In this document: piece after piece, positions 1 to 19,405 of the stretch
Layout: each line of letters opens with the position of its first letter
Position numbering within the stretch: position 1 is the stretch's first letter
Assembly (NCBI RefSeq): GCF_009914755.1
Contig: NC_060947.1
Reading direction: 5' to 3' (one strand)
From: the human T2T-CHM13v2.0 reference genome, Homo sapiens
DNA length: 64,000 nt
Notes under the pieces: generated by a model
The model's database searches: none
The model's input: only the letters and a program-made list of their open reading frames with translations
Told to the model about the DNA's origin: nothing
Program-made: the position numbers and the translations under genes

Positions 1-514
1 AGATGGCATGGGCACCTACAGTACCTGTTTGTGTAACTTACTTGTGCCTTCTGATCCTACATGTACACAATCCAGGAGTACCATTCTCATCATACAAGGG
101 ATTGCTGCTGGGCCTGTTTGAACTTATGATTTGGTAAGTCTTACAGTCCCAGCTCATGATGGGCAGTTCTGATCACATGGTCACTTGATATTCTATATTT
201 AGATGCTCCCTCTCTGCCAGGGTTCAGTAATACGCAAGGAGTTGCTTTCTGAAATGGCATGTTCTTATTCCAGGACCCTAAGCGTCTACATTTTGATTCT
301 TCTATTGGTGCTTGCCATAAACTCCATCCAGCTTCTTTTCCCACAATACTTATCTTGAGTGCCAGGCCACATAGCCCAAGCCACAGGGTTCCTTGCATTG
401 CAGCCTGGACATGCTGCAAAGCTCTTTCCCATTTGGGGCTCCACTCAAAACTGGCAGCCTTCTCTTTCACCTAGTCAATGGGTACTCACTCCCAAGTGCA
501 GAACATGCTGCCTA

Positions 515-818
515 GGCTGAGTGCAGTGGCTTATGCCTATAATCCCAGCACTTTGGGAGGCTGAGGTGAAAGGATCCAGCCCAGGAGTTTGAGACCAGCC
601 TAGGCAACAAAGTGAGACCTCGTCTCTGCAAAAAATCAAAAAATTAGCCAGGTGTGGTGGCATGTACCTGTGGTCCCAGCTGCCCAGAAGGCTGAAGTGG
701 GAGGATTGCTTGAGCCCAGAGGTCAAGGCTGCAGTGAGCCATGATCACACCACTGCACTCCAGCCTGGGCGACAGAGCAAGACCCTGTCTCAATAAAAAT
801 AAAATTAGGAAAAAAAAA
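515..818 (+). mobile_element. Alu (AluJ-like) inserted in the ERVL relic
   Basis: Dimeric Alu with A tail; degenerate TSD atgctgcct/atgctacct. Confidence 0.9.
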
Positions 819-1270
819 TGCTACCTTAAGACTCTGAGGAGGCTTACCAAACATGGTGCTCCTTTCTTGGTGATGGGATGTGTGAAATGCAATAAGTCGT
901 TGTCCTTTACTTTGCAGGGGATAGCCCAGCATGCCCTAGTCCACCGGGTCCCCCAAACCTTCACTGATCTGATAGGTCTCTAATTTTCATAGGATCTATC
1001 TCCCACTCTCTGGAGCTCATGTGTTTTATCAAGATTTCCAAAGTACTTTCCACTTCTTGCTCATCTGGTTCGATTAATGTGATGCCATCAACATGGTGCA
1101 TCCATGTGGTATTTTGCAGAATGCTTAGATAGTCCTGAGCCCTTCGGATTATACTATAAGAGAGGTTGGCAAAGATAACATAGCTCTGGAGCAAGACCAT
1201 CCATGTCTACCGCTGTCCATTCCACATGAATGAAAGCCACTACAGATAGAAAACAATGCATTTGCCAGAT

Positions 1271-1350
1271 CCATGGACACACACCATATACCATGGACAT
1301 ATACCATCCATGGACACATACCATGGACACATACCATGGACATATAACCA
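1271..1350. repeat. Short tandem repeat with ~13-bp unit ccatggacacata
   Basis: Five ccatggaca cores with variable ca/ta spacers read directly. Confidence 0.85.
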
Positions 1351-1455
1351 TATGCCGGAACAAAGATACCATGTCAGGCAAAGCAGTTGCAATTGGTATT
1401 ACTTCTTGAGTAAGTGGTTCACTCACATCTACCTTGATCCATCCAGTTGTTTTAG

Positions 1456-1810
<355 letters not shown>

Positions 1811-2749
1811 AAACCCTGCATTCTTTATGTCATTGAGTATGGCCCTTATCTCTGCTATCCTCCCAGGGTATGATATTGTTGATGATTTACTATCTTGGTT
1901 TGGTGTACAAAGCGGCATTTCAGAGGCTTCCACTGTGTCTTTCCCTCTGTGGTCATCCTTACTCCTTACTCCATAGGCCAAGAAACCAATATGGATGAAG
2001 GTTCTGCTAACCTAACCACTAAGTATGTCCATTCCAGGGACCAGAGAAATGACCACTGGGTAGGTTCATGAATCCCATGGAACCACTGCCAGTCAAACCT
2101 GGGCCAGGACTCTATTTATTACCTGGCCTGCATGTGCTTCCCATTCCACTAGGGGCCCCATGTTGGAGTTTTGTGTCCCTGGCATCAACGTTCATACCAA
2201 CCGTCCTTGAAAGGTCTGGGCAGTCTCTTTTTTTCAATGTTCTTTACCCAAGTCATTGACAATAGGACTCTTTGGAAAAGGAATGAGCCTCAACCAATAA
2301 GTTGATGGATAAGTACTCAGCTCCCATACTCATCTAGAACAGTTCTCCTCCACACTGTCTCCCAGAGAGTCCCTAGTGGAATTGCGCCTCAGTTTCCCAC
2401 AGAAGAACCCCACTGTTTAAGATGAATGGATAAAGAGAATGTGGTATATATTACATATACACAATGGAACACTATTCTGCCATTAAAAAAAATGAAATCC
2501 TTTAATTTGCAGCAACGTGGATGAGCCTGGAGGACATTATGTTAAGTGAAATAAGCCAGGCACAGAAAAGTAAATACCACATGATCTCCCTCATATGTGG
2601 GAGCTAAGAAGGTTGATCTCATGAAGCAGAGAATAGAATAGTGATGACCAGAGGCTGGAAAGGGTAGAGGGGAGATGGGATAGGGAAAGGCTGGTTAATA
2701 AATACAAAATTACAGCTAAATAGGAGAAATAAGTTCTGGCGTTGTATAG

Positions 2750-3101
2750 CAGGGGTCCCCAACCCCCAGGCCACGGATCGGTACTAGTCTATAGCCTGTT
2801 AGGAATTGAGCCACACAGCAGGAGGTGAGTGGCAGTGGCGGGCGAGTGAGCATTACCGTCTGAGCTCTGCCTCCTGTCAGATCAGTGGCGGCATTAGATT
2901 CTCATAGGAGTGCGAACCCTACTGTGAACTGTGCATGCAAGGGATCTAAGTTGCGTGCTCCTTTTGAGAATCTAACTAATGCCTGATGATCTGAGGCGGA
3001 GGAGTTTCATCCCAAAACCATCCCCCACCACCTCCACCATCCGTGGAAAAACTGTCTTCCATGAAACCGGTCCCTGGTGCCAAAAAGGTTGGGGACCACT
3101 G
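2750..3101 (+). mobile_element. MER1B-like hAT-Charlie non-autonomous DNA transposon
   Basis: TIRs caggggtccccaacc ... ggttggggaccactg; near-identical 8-bp TSD ttgtatag/ttctatag. Confidence 0.85.
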
Positions 3102-3149
3102 TTCTATAGCATTGTAGAGTGACTACAGTTAACAATAACGTATAGTATA

Positions 3150-3475
<326 letters not shown>

Positions 3476-3702
3476 TGAGAGGATTTTGAATATTCCCAAC
3501 ACAAAGAAATGATAAAGGTTTGAGGTGCTAGATATGCTAATTACCCTGATTTGATCATTACACATTATGTTCATATATCAAAACATCGCACTGTACCCCA
3601 TAAATATGTACAATTATGATGTGTCAATTAAAATTTTAAAAAGGTATGAGATCAAAAATAAAGCCTTTGTAAAGAAGTAAGAAGAAAAAGAAAGAAGTGA
3701 TT

Positions 3703-4084
<382 letters not shown>

Positions 4085-5792
4085 TTAGGTCACCCCTTGT
4101 TGGCATCCCTCCCTGCCCTGTTTCACTTCCCCAGGCAGCCACTGTGCTTCTTGGGATCTTTTCCCAAGTGAGCCACTTGTACCCACACCCTCATCTCAGG
4201 GTCTGCTTCTGGGGCAGGTCACACTAAGACAACAGTGCAGTAATAAAGCGACCTGAGAAGCCATCCTGTGTTTTCTTGACCTTTGGGCACTTCCAGCCTC
4301 CAGACATCCAGACAGTGGAGAGTCTAGTCTGTTTGCACATCTCTGCAGAGAAGATTCCAGCAGCCTCTGTGGGAACCCAGTCTACAGTCCAATTCTCACT
4401 GTCGGACCTTTGCTTTTTTTGTTGTTTTCCATCCTTAATCCCTCCTGCTGGAATTTAAAACCACTTCCTCACTTGATGATTTTTTTTTCCTCTTTTTCCT
4501 AGAGCTGGAGAATAGCTGGCCACCAACTTCAGGGAAAGACCCCCTTATATATTTTTATATATTTGAGTGTAGGTATTCATGTTTATGTCTCCAGGCTCAA
4601 TAATCCCCGTTCTTTTTGAGATTGCCCATCAGTCCTGTTTTCCAGGCATTCAATCAGCTTTGCAGCTGTAAGCTGTCACCCCCAGCTGCTCATTGTAGCT
4701 CAGCCTGCGGGCTCCTGGAGACCACCAGATGCAGGTTTAACCCGGAGAAGTTCACAGGAGGGAGGTTCCCTAGCGGCTGTAAATCACCCTCTCCCTTGCC
4801 TCCTCCCTGAAGCTGGAGAACAAGCCCCAGCTTGCTGTGAAGGCCATAAAACTTCTCTTCTTTAAAGGGGCCCTTTGTTGAGCATGTTCACTGTAGCAGG
4901 CGTGCAAGTCCACCAAGGGCCCATAAAACTTCTCCAGGCTTTGTGTGGGTGACCCCACAGGCCCGCGCATCAGCAATACCACCCTTACACCCGCAGTGGA
5001 ACTGTTGCCGGGTTCACCCAGAAACTGACTGGCCTCAATTTGCCTTGTGATTTGTTTGTTAGCTTTACAAATGGCTTTTGAGGCCAGACAACCCCTCCTA
5101 ACCCTGAATACTGCATCAGTGGGAATTCAGGGACTGCCCGGGAACTGCTGGAGGAAGGGGAAGGGGGTTGGGTCACCACGGAGATTTTAAAACAATTCAC
5201 CTTGGGCGTTCGCTGCCCTGAATGGTGAGCCAGGATTGGGATACGGCTGGGCTGTCCTTAGGGTGTTTTGTCTCTTGCCCTCGCCAGCCTCTGCCAGGGC
5301 CCTGATCCCTGAGAGGCCTCAGACGCCCTTGCCTGCTCCTGGATGCTGAATCCACTCCAGCAATTCTACCAGCCTTGGGAAAGTGAAGTCCAAGCAAAGC
5401 CAATCAGCGGGAGGTTAATATTATACTTATTTCATACATAGCTCAGTGGTTAACAGCACAGGCTTCAAATCACCCAAATGTCCATCAACAGAATGGATAT
5501 AATTATGATGGGATATAACAGAATAAAGTGTGGATAGAGGCAGCCACATGGACTAGTCACACATACATTCTACTGAAAGAAGGAAGCCAGGCATGTGAGA
5601 GTCAATACTATCCACTTCCATTTGTACGAAGCTTAAAAAGAGGCAACATTTAATTCATGGTAGTAAAAGTCACAATGGTGGTTACCTCTGGGTGGCAAAA
5701 GGGGGATGGGTATTGACTGGAAAGGAGTATGAGAGAACTTTCTAGGGGGTGTTAGAAATGTTCCATATCTTGAACTGAGTGATGGTCACCTA

Positions 5793-6142
<350 letters not shown>

Positions 6143-6146
6143 CTAA

Positions 6147-7299
<1,153 letters not shown>

Positions 7300-7346
7300 A
7301 AGAATTATGTTCTAATATTATCTAATATTAGAAATATCTAATATTA

Positions 7347-8703
<1,357 letters not shown>

Positions 8704-9204
8704 TCATGAGTCCCACCCATACCCAAGCGGAGGGGAATCTATAGGGCGTGTGCTTCTGGGGGTGGGAATCTTGGGGGCCATCTCAGAATTCCACCTACCA
8801 CACAGTGTATGCTGACCCCATGCTAGACATGCTATTCACTGAGACTGTAGCATTCTCCCGTCTATAGCAAGGGATTCCCGGACCACTCATTTTGAGAACT
8901 TCATGCTCATTCTTGGTTACAAAAAATATGTACATTATTATAAAATCTGCTTAAAGGGGTGCCTTTGGGCTGCTGCATTGTAGCTATGTTATTGACATTG
9001 TAGAATATTCCTGTTTCAGCTCATCACAGCAAAGATTTGTAATATAAGCTGGGTCCTATTTGTTCATTGCAAATTTTGATAGCCTGATTTAGGGGGAGAT
9101 GGGGCTTTCCAGTAAAAACCGAAAAACCTGCTAGGCAAATCCTAAAAGAACTGTAATGCTAGCCTGATTCTTTTTAAAGAATCAATTACCAAAGAGAAAC
9201 CAGT

Positions 9205-9837
<633 letters not shown>

Positions 9838-10426
9838 TTATGTGATCTGAAGTATGAAAGTGCTCTTCAGAGCAGCCTCAGGACCAGGAATAGTTAGTAG
9901 AGTTGTAGCAGATGTGGTGGGTTTGCTCTCTTGACATCCATCCCCCCACTCTTTCTCTACACTTTCCTCTACTGCAGAGCCTGGAGAGCTAAAATCTGCA
10001 CTTACCAGACCCTCTTGGAGCTAGGGTTCTGGTTGTGAATTCAAGTCTATCAACTAGATGCTCTTTCAGATGATTTGGAAGGTGGGGCAAGGCGGAGGCC
10101 ATGTCCCATTGACAAGCATGATTGTAGGGCCAGTGAGTTTCTGCAGCAATCTTCCAGTGTCCAACACTAGCCTAATGAGTGTCAACTGGCAGTTGCAGCA
10201 ACAGCATGAGTGTCTTCCTGATCCCTAGGTCCCCGCTAAAGCAGCATGCTCTTGAAGTCACCAGTCCCCATAGAGCCTTCTAATTCCCACCTTCCTGATT
10301 GAGGTAGAGGTAGAGTCGCTCCCCTAGCAGGCAAGTAGTGTGTGCTGTCACTCTGATAGTCATTATTAGGGGGCCATCCCAAAGCCTCATCTTCCCTTCT
10401 ATACACCAATTTTGCAAATACTCAGT

Positions 10427-10791
10427 TGCAACAGACTGAACGTTTTTGTCCCTCAAAATTCTGGTGTTGAAATCCTAGCCCCCAAGATGATTGTATTAGG
10501 AGATAGGGCCTTTGAGAGGTAACTAGGTCATGAGGGTGAAACCCTCATGAATGGGATTTGTGCCCCTATAAAAGGGACCCCAGAGGGCTACCTTGCCCTT
10601 TCTGCCATGTGAGGACAAAGTGAGAAGACACCATCTATGAACCAGGAAGTGGGCCCTCACCAGACACTGATTCTGCAGGAGCCTTGATCTTGGACTTCCC
10701 GGCCTCTGGAAGTGTGAGAAATCAATTTCTATTGTTTATAAGGTAACTTGTTTATGGTGTTTTGTTATAGCAGCCTGAACGGACTAAAACA
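10427..10791 (+). mobile_element. MLT1A-like MaLR solo LTR, within an older LTR33/41-like element (~9904-10880)
   Basis: tg...gttgaaatcctagcccccaagatg...ccctcaccagacactga...ttgttatagcagcctgaacggactaaaaca. Confidence 0.75.
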
Positions 10792-13099
10792 CGATCACCA
10801 GAATTAAATCCCTTTCTGCTTAAAATAACTGGAGTGATTTCTTTTCCCTGCACCTGGACCCCGAGTGTTGGTCATATATGATGAGACTCTATTTGCAATT
10901 TGATCATTCAATATTGCAGGGTTTTGGGGGCATCTGATAGAGATCGGCATTGCTGACTTTTTCCAGGGCTGTGCTGCACCCCTTACACGGGGCCTCACCC
11001 CCCCAGCCGGACTTTACTATCGTTGGGCAATGATCTCTTTCTCTCCTTTCTCTTCCATGACTATTTGAAAATGATTTCCCTCTGCTCAAGCTCCCTATCT
11101 CATTGTAGCAGACCCTAGGGCTGTCTGCTCAAGATATACCTCCACCTCTTTTCAGCTAACAGAATCCAGTTTTGTTTGGGTATTAGGCAAAAATCTTTTA
11201 ACTTCAGGTAATACTCTCTGTGATGGGATTGTGACCCAGTTCTGGCTAATAAGGGGAAGTCTCCTGGGAGTCTCCTGAAGAGAATTTTTCTTCCTTTATA
11301 ATAAAAAGGAAAAATAAAAAGCAGTGAGGAGAAGTTTTTTCACCACCTGACTGTCCATGGCTTCCTATCCTAAACAGGCACTTGATGCCTAGAGCAGCAG
11401 CAGCCATCTTGACACCACGAGTTGGCAAGCATAGGCAGAAATAGCTAAGGACGGCACAGCAAAGTGGCTGACAGAGCTGACGCCTCAATGCAACCAATGA
11501 ACTGTGGACAAGCCCTGGAACTGTCTACCTCCAGACTTCTTGCTAGCTAAGCAGTAGAGATTTAAGCCACTGTTAGTTGGGTGTTTGGTTACCTGAAGTC
11601 AAAATCCCTCCTAAATAATACATCTAACCCATTCCTGATAACTCTCCAGATGCCCTTGCTTTTGACTCTACAAAGAAAATGGAGTCCCTTTCCTGTCCTC
11701 CACCCCACCAACACACAAGCTTTCTCCCTTCCCTCTTGTCTCATGGCAAGCCTCTGATCTGTGGTTAATCTCCTTTGCTCTGGATGCCACCTCCTCCATG
11801 ATGTAGGGACATCAGCCCAGCAGTCAGCTCCTTTCTCTCCCACATCTTCCATCTCAGATTCTCCAGCAGCATCTTCTCAACTGTGGTCTTGAGTCAGCAC
11901 CCCAGGCTATGTGTACAGGATTGAATGAACATGTCACCTCCTCATCACTGGATAACTGCTTCTAAAGGGCCCCTTTCGAGTGCCCTGGATAAGCCTCTAG
12001 GAGATGAAAGAAGCAAGAGTCTAAGGGTTTTGAACTGTCCTCTGTCTCCAGAGTAAGCGGTTGCCGGGACCATGTGTGTTCACTATGGGTGCTCAGGCCA
12101 CAATCAACGCCTGCCTTCCACTGAGAGGGCTGTGTCCCTTCTGCTTTTTCTCCTCATTTTTATTGAGGGCGTATTTTCTTTATCTTTAAAGCTTTTATAG
12201 CTTTGTCTCTCTGCCTCGCTTTAGTACATTCTGTTGTTATGATTTATGCTGCTTTTACTGGCTCTTTACCCTCAGCACATAAACATGTTTAAGTTTTCCA
12301 CATCTTAAAAAAATAAAATAAAATAAAAAACCCTTCCTTGACCCTGTGTTCTCATCTAGTTTCTGCATTCTCTCCCTCTCTCCCTGCCCCTCTCTCTCTC
12401 TGCCCTCTTCATTGTCAGCTCTTTAGAAGTCATCTGAACTCGCAATATTTTCTTCCATCCCACTGATTCCTTAACTCTACCGGCCAACTCACCTCTCCAA
12501 GAACCAGAAACTCAGCCCAGCTTTGCTTAGCACAATGAGGGGTTTTATTGGCAGGATGCTGGGAATACCTCAGGGCTGTGGGAAGAGAAGACGGGAAGAG
12601 GTGCAGCTGGGCCACCAGGATCCCCTGAGACTCTTTTCTTGTGGCCCCCACACTCTCTCTTCTCCGAGCTTCTCTGTTTGGAGTGATGGCATTCTTTCCT
12701 CCATGCGACTCCTAGCTTCTCCAGAGCCTTCTATCTTGTGGCTCCCACCCCCAGGGAAGGTTCAACTTGTTTGCCTTCATTAGTTGCAGTTTGAAAATCC
12801 CAGGGAAGGGTTCTGATTGGCCCACTGTGGGTCCGGTGTCTTCTCATGGATCAATCAGCCATGGCCACAGGAGTGAAAGTCGCACAGCAGAGACAAAACC
12901 ACAGCTGGCTTCCTCCCTACCAGCAGTGCTTCACTGAAACTACTCTCATCCACCTGGGGGCGCCCCACCCACACGGCTCAGGCCTGACCTCTTCGTGTGC
13001 CCCTGCTGCTTCCGATTGCTGCTATCTGCGTGAAGCCGTGGAGCGCTACTGCTTGTGTGTACAACAGAGCAGCAGGGCCAACTTCAACTGATGATTCTC

Positions 13100-13733
13100 A
13101 GGTGTATAAATACCGCAGCTTCCTCAACCTCCGAAGTAGGCTAATGCGGTGGGCACAGAGATGAGCCCGCCAGGTTCCCCTCCAAGGAGGTATTCGTTGC
13201 CCCAGTTGAGCAGACAGTCTCCATCCAGCTGCCAAGAACCATCTCACCCATAGGCACTTCCTCCCCCCGGGGTAGCCCACAGCCAATGACTAGTCATTTC
13301 ATCCCACTCCAAGACAGCACTGGCAGGCCAGACGCACTTCAGCGTTCCCCACGATGACTCCAGGCTTCAACAGGCCAGTTTTGCAATTCAACCCTCCCTC
13401 TGCCCAACCCCACTTCCTCCTCCTCCTACAGACGTTCCTAATGACAATCTTGCATGCCAAACTCCATTTCAGTTTCTGCCTGTTGAGAACCTAGCCTGTG
13501 ACAGAACTGAGCTCTGTGTTCCACACTGTCTCTCAGAGGTCCCCCTTGGGACTGAGCGCCAGTTGCCTGCAGTGGGAACTGGCTTGGTGACACTCCCTTT
13601 ATTGCTGGCTTCTCTCTCCTGTCTCACACCCCCATTCCCAAGCCCATATTCTCTGAATCTCCTAAAATCTAAATCTGTTTGCTCTCAAGCCCTTCTCTTG
13701 AGATCTGCTTCTGGAACAACTCAGACTCAGACA
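13100..13733 (+). mobile_element. Two adjacent LTR16-like ERVL LTR fragments
   Basis: Ends ...gagaacctagcctgtgaca and ...tctgcttctggaacaactcagactcagaca; the second resembles the 2275-4232 element. Confidence 0.5.
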
Positions 13734-14282
13734 CCAGGACTTTCTTGCTGTTAAATCCAGATGACCCAAACTTTATCTGCACAGTGTACCACTGTGACCA
13801 TGAGCGCTTTTTGAAACACTTTCCTCCCTCAACTCCCTGAAACACTTTTCTGCTTCCCCTCTGGCCATTCCTTCTTCCCCTGCCCACTTCCAGGGTTGAC
13901 AGCCTGGCTTGTTCTTGCAGCCAACACAGCTGAGAAGACCTGTCATTCCTCTGGAGCTGACTGCCACTACACAGGAATGACCCACACTGTCCATTTCCCA
14001 TCCAGATCTCTCTCTCTATCTCTGTGTTGAACTCTGGACTCATATATCCAACTATCTCCCACCATCTCTGTGTGAATGTCCCACAGACACTTCAAATCAT
14101 CATGGCAGGACTGAGCTCCTCACCATTTTCCTAAGCCAGCTTCTCCTGCTATACTCCTTTCTGTATTCTCCTACATTCCCCATCTCAGCAAATGGCATCA
14201 CTGTCCCTAAAGCCAGCTATTCTGAGAGTCACCCAGCCTCCTACAAGTAAGTCTCCCTGATCCCAGGCTGTGCCATCCGCTA

Positions 14283-14668
<386 letters not shown>

Positions 14669-14747
14669 CTACTCGGTAGAGTTGCTCTGAGGTTTAAAAG
14701 AAACTATAGGTGTAAAATGCTTAGAAAATGATATGGCACACAGTAAG

Positions 14748-15180
14748 TGTCTTAGTCCCCTTTGTGCTGCTATAAAAGAATGTCACAGACTGGGTAATTT
14801 ATGAGGAACAGACATTGATTTCTTGCAGTTCTGGAGGCTGGGACATCCGAGATCAAGGTGCTGGCAGGTTTGGTCTCTGGTCCAAGATGGTGCCATGTTG
14901 CTGTGTCTTCCAGAGAGGAGGAATACTGTGTCTTCACATGGCAGAAAGTGGAAAGACAAAAAAGAATGAACTCTGTGGAACTCTGTGTCCTCATGTGGCA
15001 GAAGAGCAGAAGAGAGTGAACCCACTCCCACTAACCCTTTTTATAGTGGCATTAATTCACTCACGAAGGCAGAACCCTCATGACCTAAATATTTCACCAA
15101 AGGCCCCACCTCCCAACACTCTTGCATAGGGATTAAACTTCTAACAAATGAATTCTGGGGGACACATTCAGACCACAACA
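14748..15180 (-). mobile_element. MST-family MaLR solo LTR
   Basis: tgtcttagtcc...gactgggtaatttat...gggacacattcagaccacaaca with exact 5-bp TSD gtaag. Confidence 0.85.
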
Positions 15181-15324
15181 GTAAGCATTCAATGATTGGT
15201 AGTTTTTCATTATTGTTTCTGCTTTTGTTTATCTTTATCCTTTCTAAGGCTCTCCTCACTTTCTGTCTTGTACCATAGGTATTTACATGCCATCTTTAAA
15301 TGCTCAACTGGTCTGCAAACTTCT

Positions 15325-16345
<1,021 letters not shown>

Positions 16346-17648
16346 TAGATCTCAGTGTAAATCCATCTTATGGTGTCCAGAACCAGAAGTATAGTGGAAG
16401 AGAAACAAGGTTTGAAAAGTATGGAGTCAGAAACTACTCTGTGGAAAATTCAGGCATGAAAACTTGTAAGCAGAGGATTCAGTTGCCATCCAAGCCTAGA
16501 CAAAACGGAAATACTCCCCTGTCTGAAATATATTCGGTGATGCAATGTATACAATTATGAACGTACCATATATTTTTCTTTTCTGATGGAATGTATGTGA
16601 AATAGAATGGATCAGAATTCCTGGTTTATAGGGCACAAACCTACATCAGTACAAAAAACAGAAAGCAGGTCTGTGTGTGAAGTCACATGTTTTATCCAGC
16701 CCAGTGAATTGGACTGCATCTTGGAGTACCTGATGTCCCTTGTCCTGATGAAGTCTGGCAGTTCCAGATGAAACGGCAGGCCAAATTGCCACTGACACAG
16801 CAAAATGCCCTAAAGAAACATATTTATCAACGAGTCAATTTTTATCCCATAAGAGTAATTCGATTACATAATTACGTAGCCCTGCACAATGTAGAGGAAA
16901 TTTAAGAAGGCATTTGAATTGCCCTTATATGCCCTAATTTCAGATGAACTATATAATATATATATTAAATGTATTAAATGTGTGTGTATATATACATATA
17001 TACACACACACACACATTTTTGGAATCATTGATCCCACTGAAGATTGATCAACCAGTATGCAGCCAAAAATGGCAAGATTAAAAACTGCTATAGAGGTGT
17101 GTTAGGCAGTTAATTAATAAAAACATGTTGTCATATTGTCTGAATTTTGTGAGGTTTAGGGTACTTGTCAACTGTTCAAAATTCAGAATTTCTTGTGATT
17201 TCTTTTCATACTAAAGTGTGTACCTGGAATCCTATATACTGTTACTTAAAGTGGAATTTCAAAATTGTGTAAGTTCCTGGCCCCACTTTGCCTGGGTCCT
17301 CATCAAGTGTCACCCCTGACATGTGTGGTACACACCACACAGCACACACATTTCCACAGGCGGTCATGCTGGGAGGTGTATCTCTTGGTGGGGGGAAGAA
17401 AGGGCCAAGGGCCTTGATGGAGGTAAAAAAGGCTATGGTTCTATCATGTAATAGAGCTGGGACTTGGAATCCACAGAGGTGAAACGGTGGGGCAAATCCA
17501 ATCACTCGGCTTCCACTTTGGGGACTGAGGCACAAGAATGGCAAATAGAAAAAGAGGAGGGGGTTAGCAGTATCCATGGTCTCTTTAAAAAAAAAAAAGA
17601 AAAGAAAAGAAAAAGACGAAGGGGAGATAAAGACCCTTCTAAGTAGGT

Positions 17649-17681
17649 TGCAGTTCTGTATTTGGCCACAAGATGGTGGTA
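17649..17681 (+). promoter_or_regulatory. Candidate CTCF site (core plus upstream TGCAG module)
   Basis: tgcagttctgtatt-tggccacaagatggtggta resembles TGCAG-spacer-TGGCCACCAGGGGGCGCTA. Confidence 0.5.
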
Positions 17682-18974
17682 AAAGAGTGTGCTCTACATT
17701 CAGTCAAAAACTCATTAAGAGCTAATCAAAGCAAAGCGGGTTTTTCCTGTTTCCTGCCAGTGCTTTCTCCCCTTTTCCAAGCCTCAGTGCGTTTACTATT
17801 GTTCCATTCTTTTTGGTTAAAGTCATCACAAATCTGCGTTTTTGTTTGTTAACTCAGCTGTAACCTGCAGTTCGTCTTCTAGACAACTTTCCCTGCTTCT
17901 TATAGTTAAGGATTATGTTCTTATTAACTATTATTAGAAGAATTTTCTGACCCAGAAGTTTCAGGACTTAAAGCTATAGTCTTAGTTCAATAATTGTCTG
18001 ATTACGTGCTGCTCTGCTTGGAGCTTTCATTACTCGGCTTCTATTTCGCGTGTGTTTCTCCATACCCCCTCCCTCAGGGCTCTGTACAGAGTTTTATCTG
18101 AAAAACCAGCTTCGACCCCCGTCTGTCCAGGAGAGATATGGTTCCATCTGGTTTTGCTGGGGCCCTGCGAAGGCTGAATTACTCCTATGTTAACCATAAC
18201 AAAAATGGGCAACTTGCCTAAGAAAAACAATGACAGAAATAGAAGAGTCAGCCTTGCTGGATCCAATCCTTCATTTTCCAAGCTGGTTTTGGACACCATT
18301 GCCCCCTTCTCTCCTACCTGCCTCCCAAGATTTTGACAGCCCTGTAGGCCAACACTATTTGCTCAGAACACACCCCCCAGAAAGCACGGGGCAGCCACAA
18401 CAACTGATCACCTTCCTAACCCCTTTTGAGAGTTTTGCCATCACTGAGGGCCCTTGACCTGAACATGTACTTGGTATATGAGCGGGGGCCTCTTGCTGGG
18501 AAACCATGCCAAAAATGAGAGGCAAAGGACACAGCTCAAGAGCAACCACGCTGCTCTCCTGAGTGTACAGGTACAGGAGCTCCTGCCTCTCCAGCAGTTG
18601 AGATGACCATGTTTATTTTGATGAGTCGTGTTTGCCTTCTTAGATTGATGACACTGCTGGCTGAGGTTAGAGAGCCATCTGTGTAAGAGGACACAGCAAA
18701 GTTCACTGGCCCACACTCACAGCAGATCTTGGCTGCATCCTTAGTAAGCCTCCCATGATCCTTGACTGCTCCAGGATTGACACGTCCCGTGAGACAATGG
18801 GCACTTTTGCAAAGAGGAGCAGAATTAGAAATCTCAGTCTGTTTCCTCTGCAAAGTGCCTTTCTCGCTCCAGATCCTGATTATTCTGGTTTGGCCTTGTA
18901 TAAATGTCCTGCTCTGAACAACAGCTTGGATCCTCTGGTTGGGCAGAATGGGAGAATCAGTGCTGGACAAGGAG

Positions 18975-19405
18975 TTAGGGGACCCAGATTCAGACGCCAG
19001 CTGTGTCCCTTTTTTTGGAATGAAGGACTTCTTCCCCTAGCTTCAAAGAATGCCACCAGCAGACACCCTTCCCCCATCCCCATCAGGCCCTTAGCTATGG
19101 CCAGGGCCGCATCTTTTCCCAGGATAGCCCACATCTGATGACTGATTGACAAGGGGGAATTAAGGCTCGGCCCTCTTATTCCATCTTGGGACAGCTCCAA
19201 GGGTCATTCAATCTTTCAACCTCCTTATAGAGTGGGCTAAGACTTCCCTAAAGACTGCATCATAGCTCGACTTCTCCTTCTGCCCACTCTTGCTTTCTTC
19301 TCTTCCCTTCCTCAGTCATGGATCCCACAGGCTCTCCCTAATAAACCTCCCGCACACTAAAGTCCACTTCAGAGTCCTACTTCCCGGAAAGCCCAGCATG
19401 CAACA
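18975..19405 (+). mobile_element. LTR16C-like ERVL LTR
   Basis: 3' end ccctaataaacctcccgcacactaaagtccacttcagagtcctacttcccggaaagcccagcatgcaaca. Confidence 0.5.

Noticed and set aside
1271-1350. CRISPR-like repeat array
   Set aside because: Units are 13 bp with no unique spacers, in a eukaryotic context with no cas genes
18030-19200. Cluster of 64-144 aa ORFs
   Set aside because: No recognisable domain or exon structure; partly overlaps an LTR16-like relic
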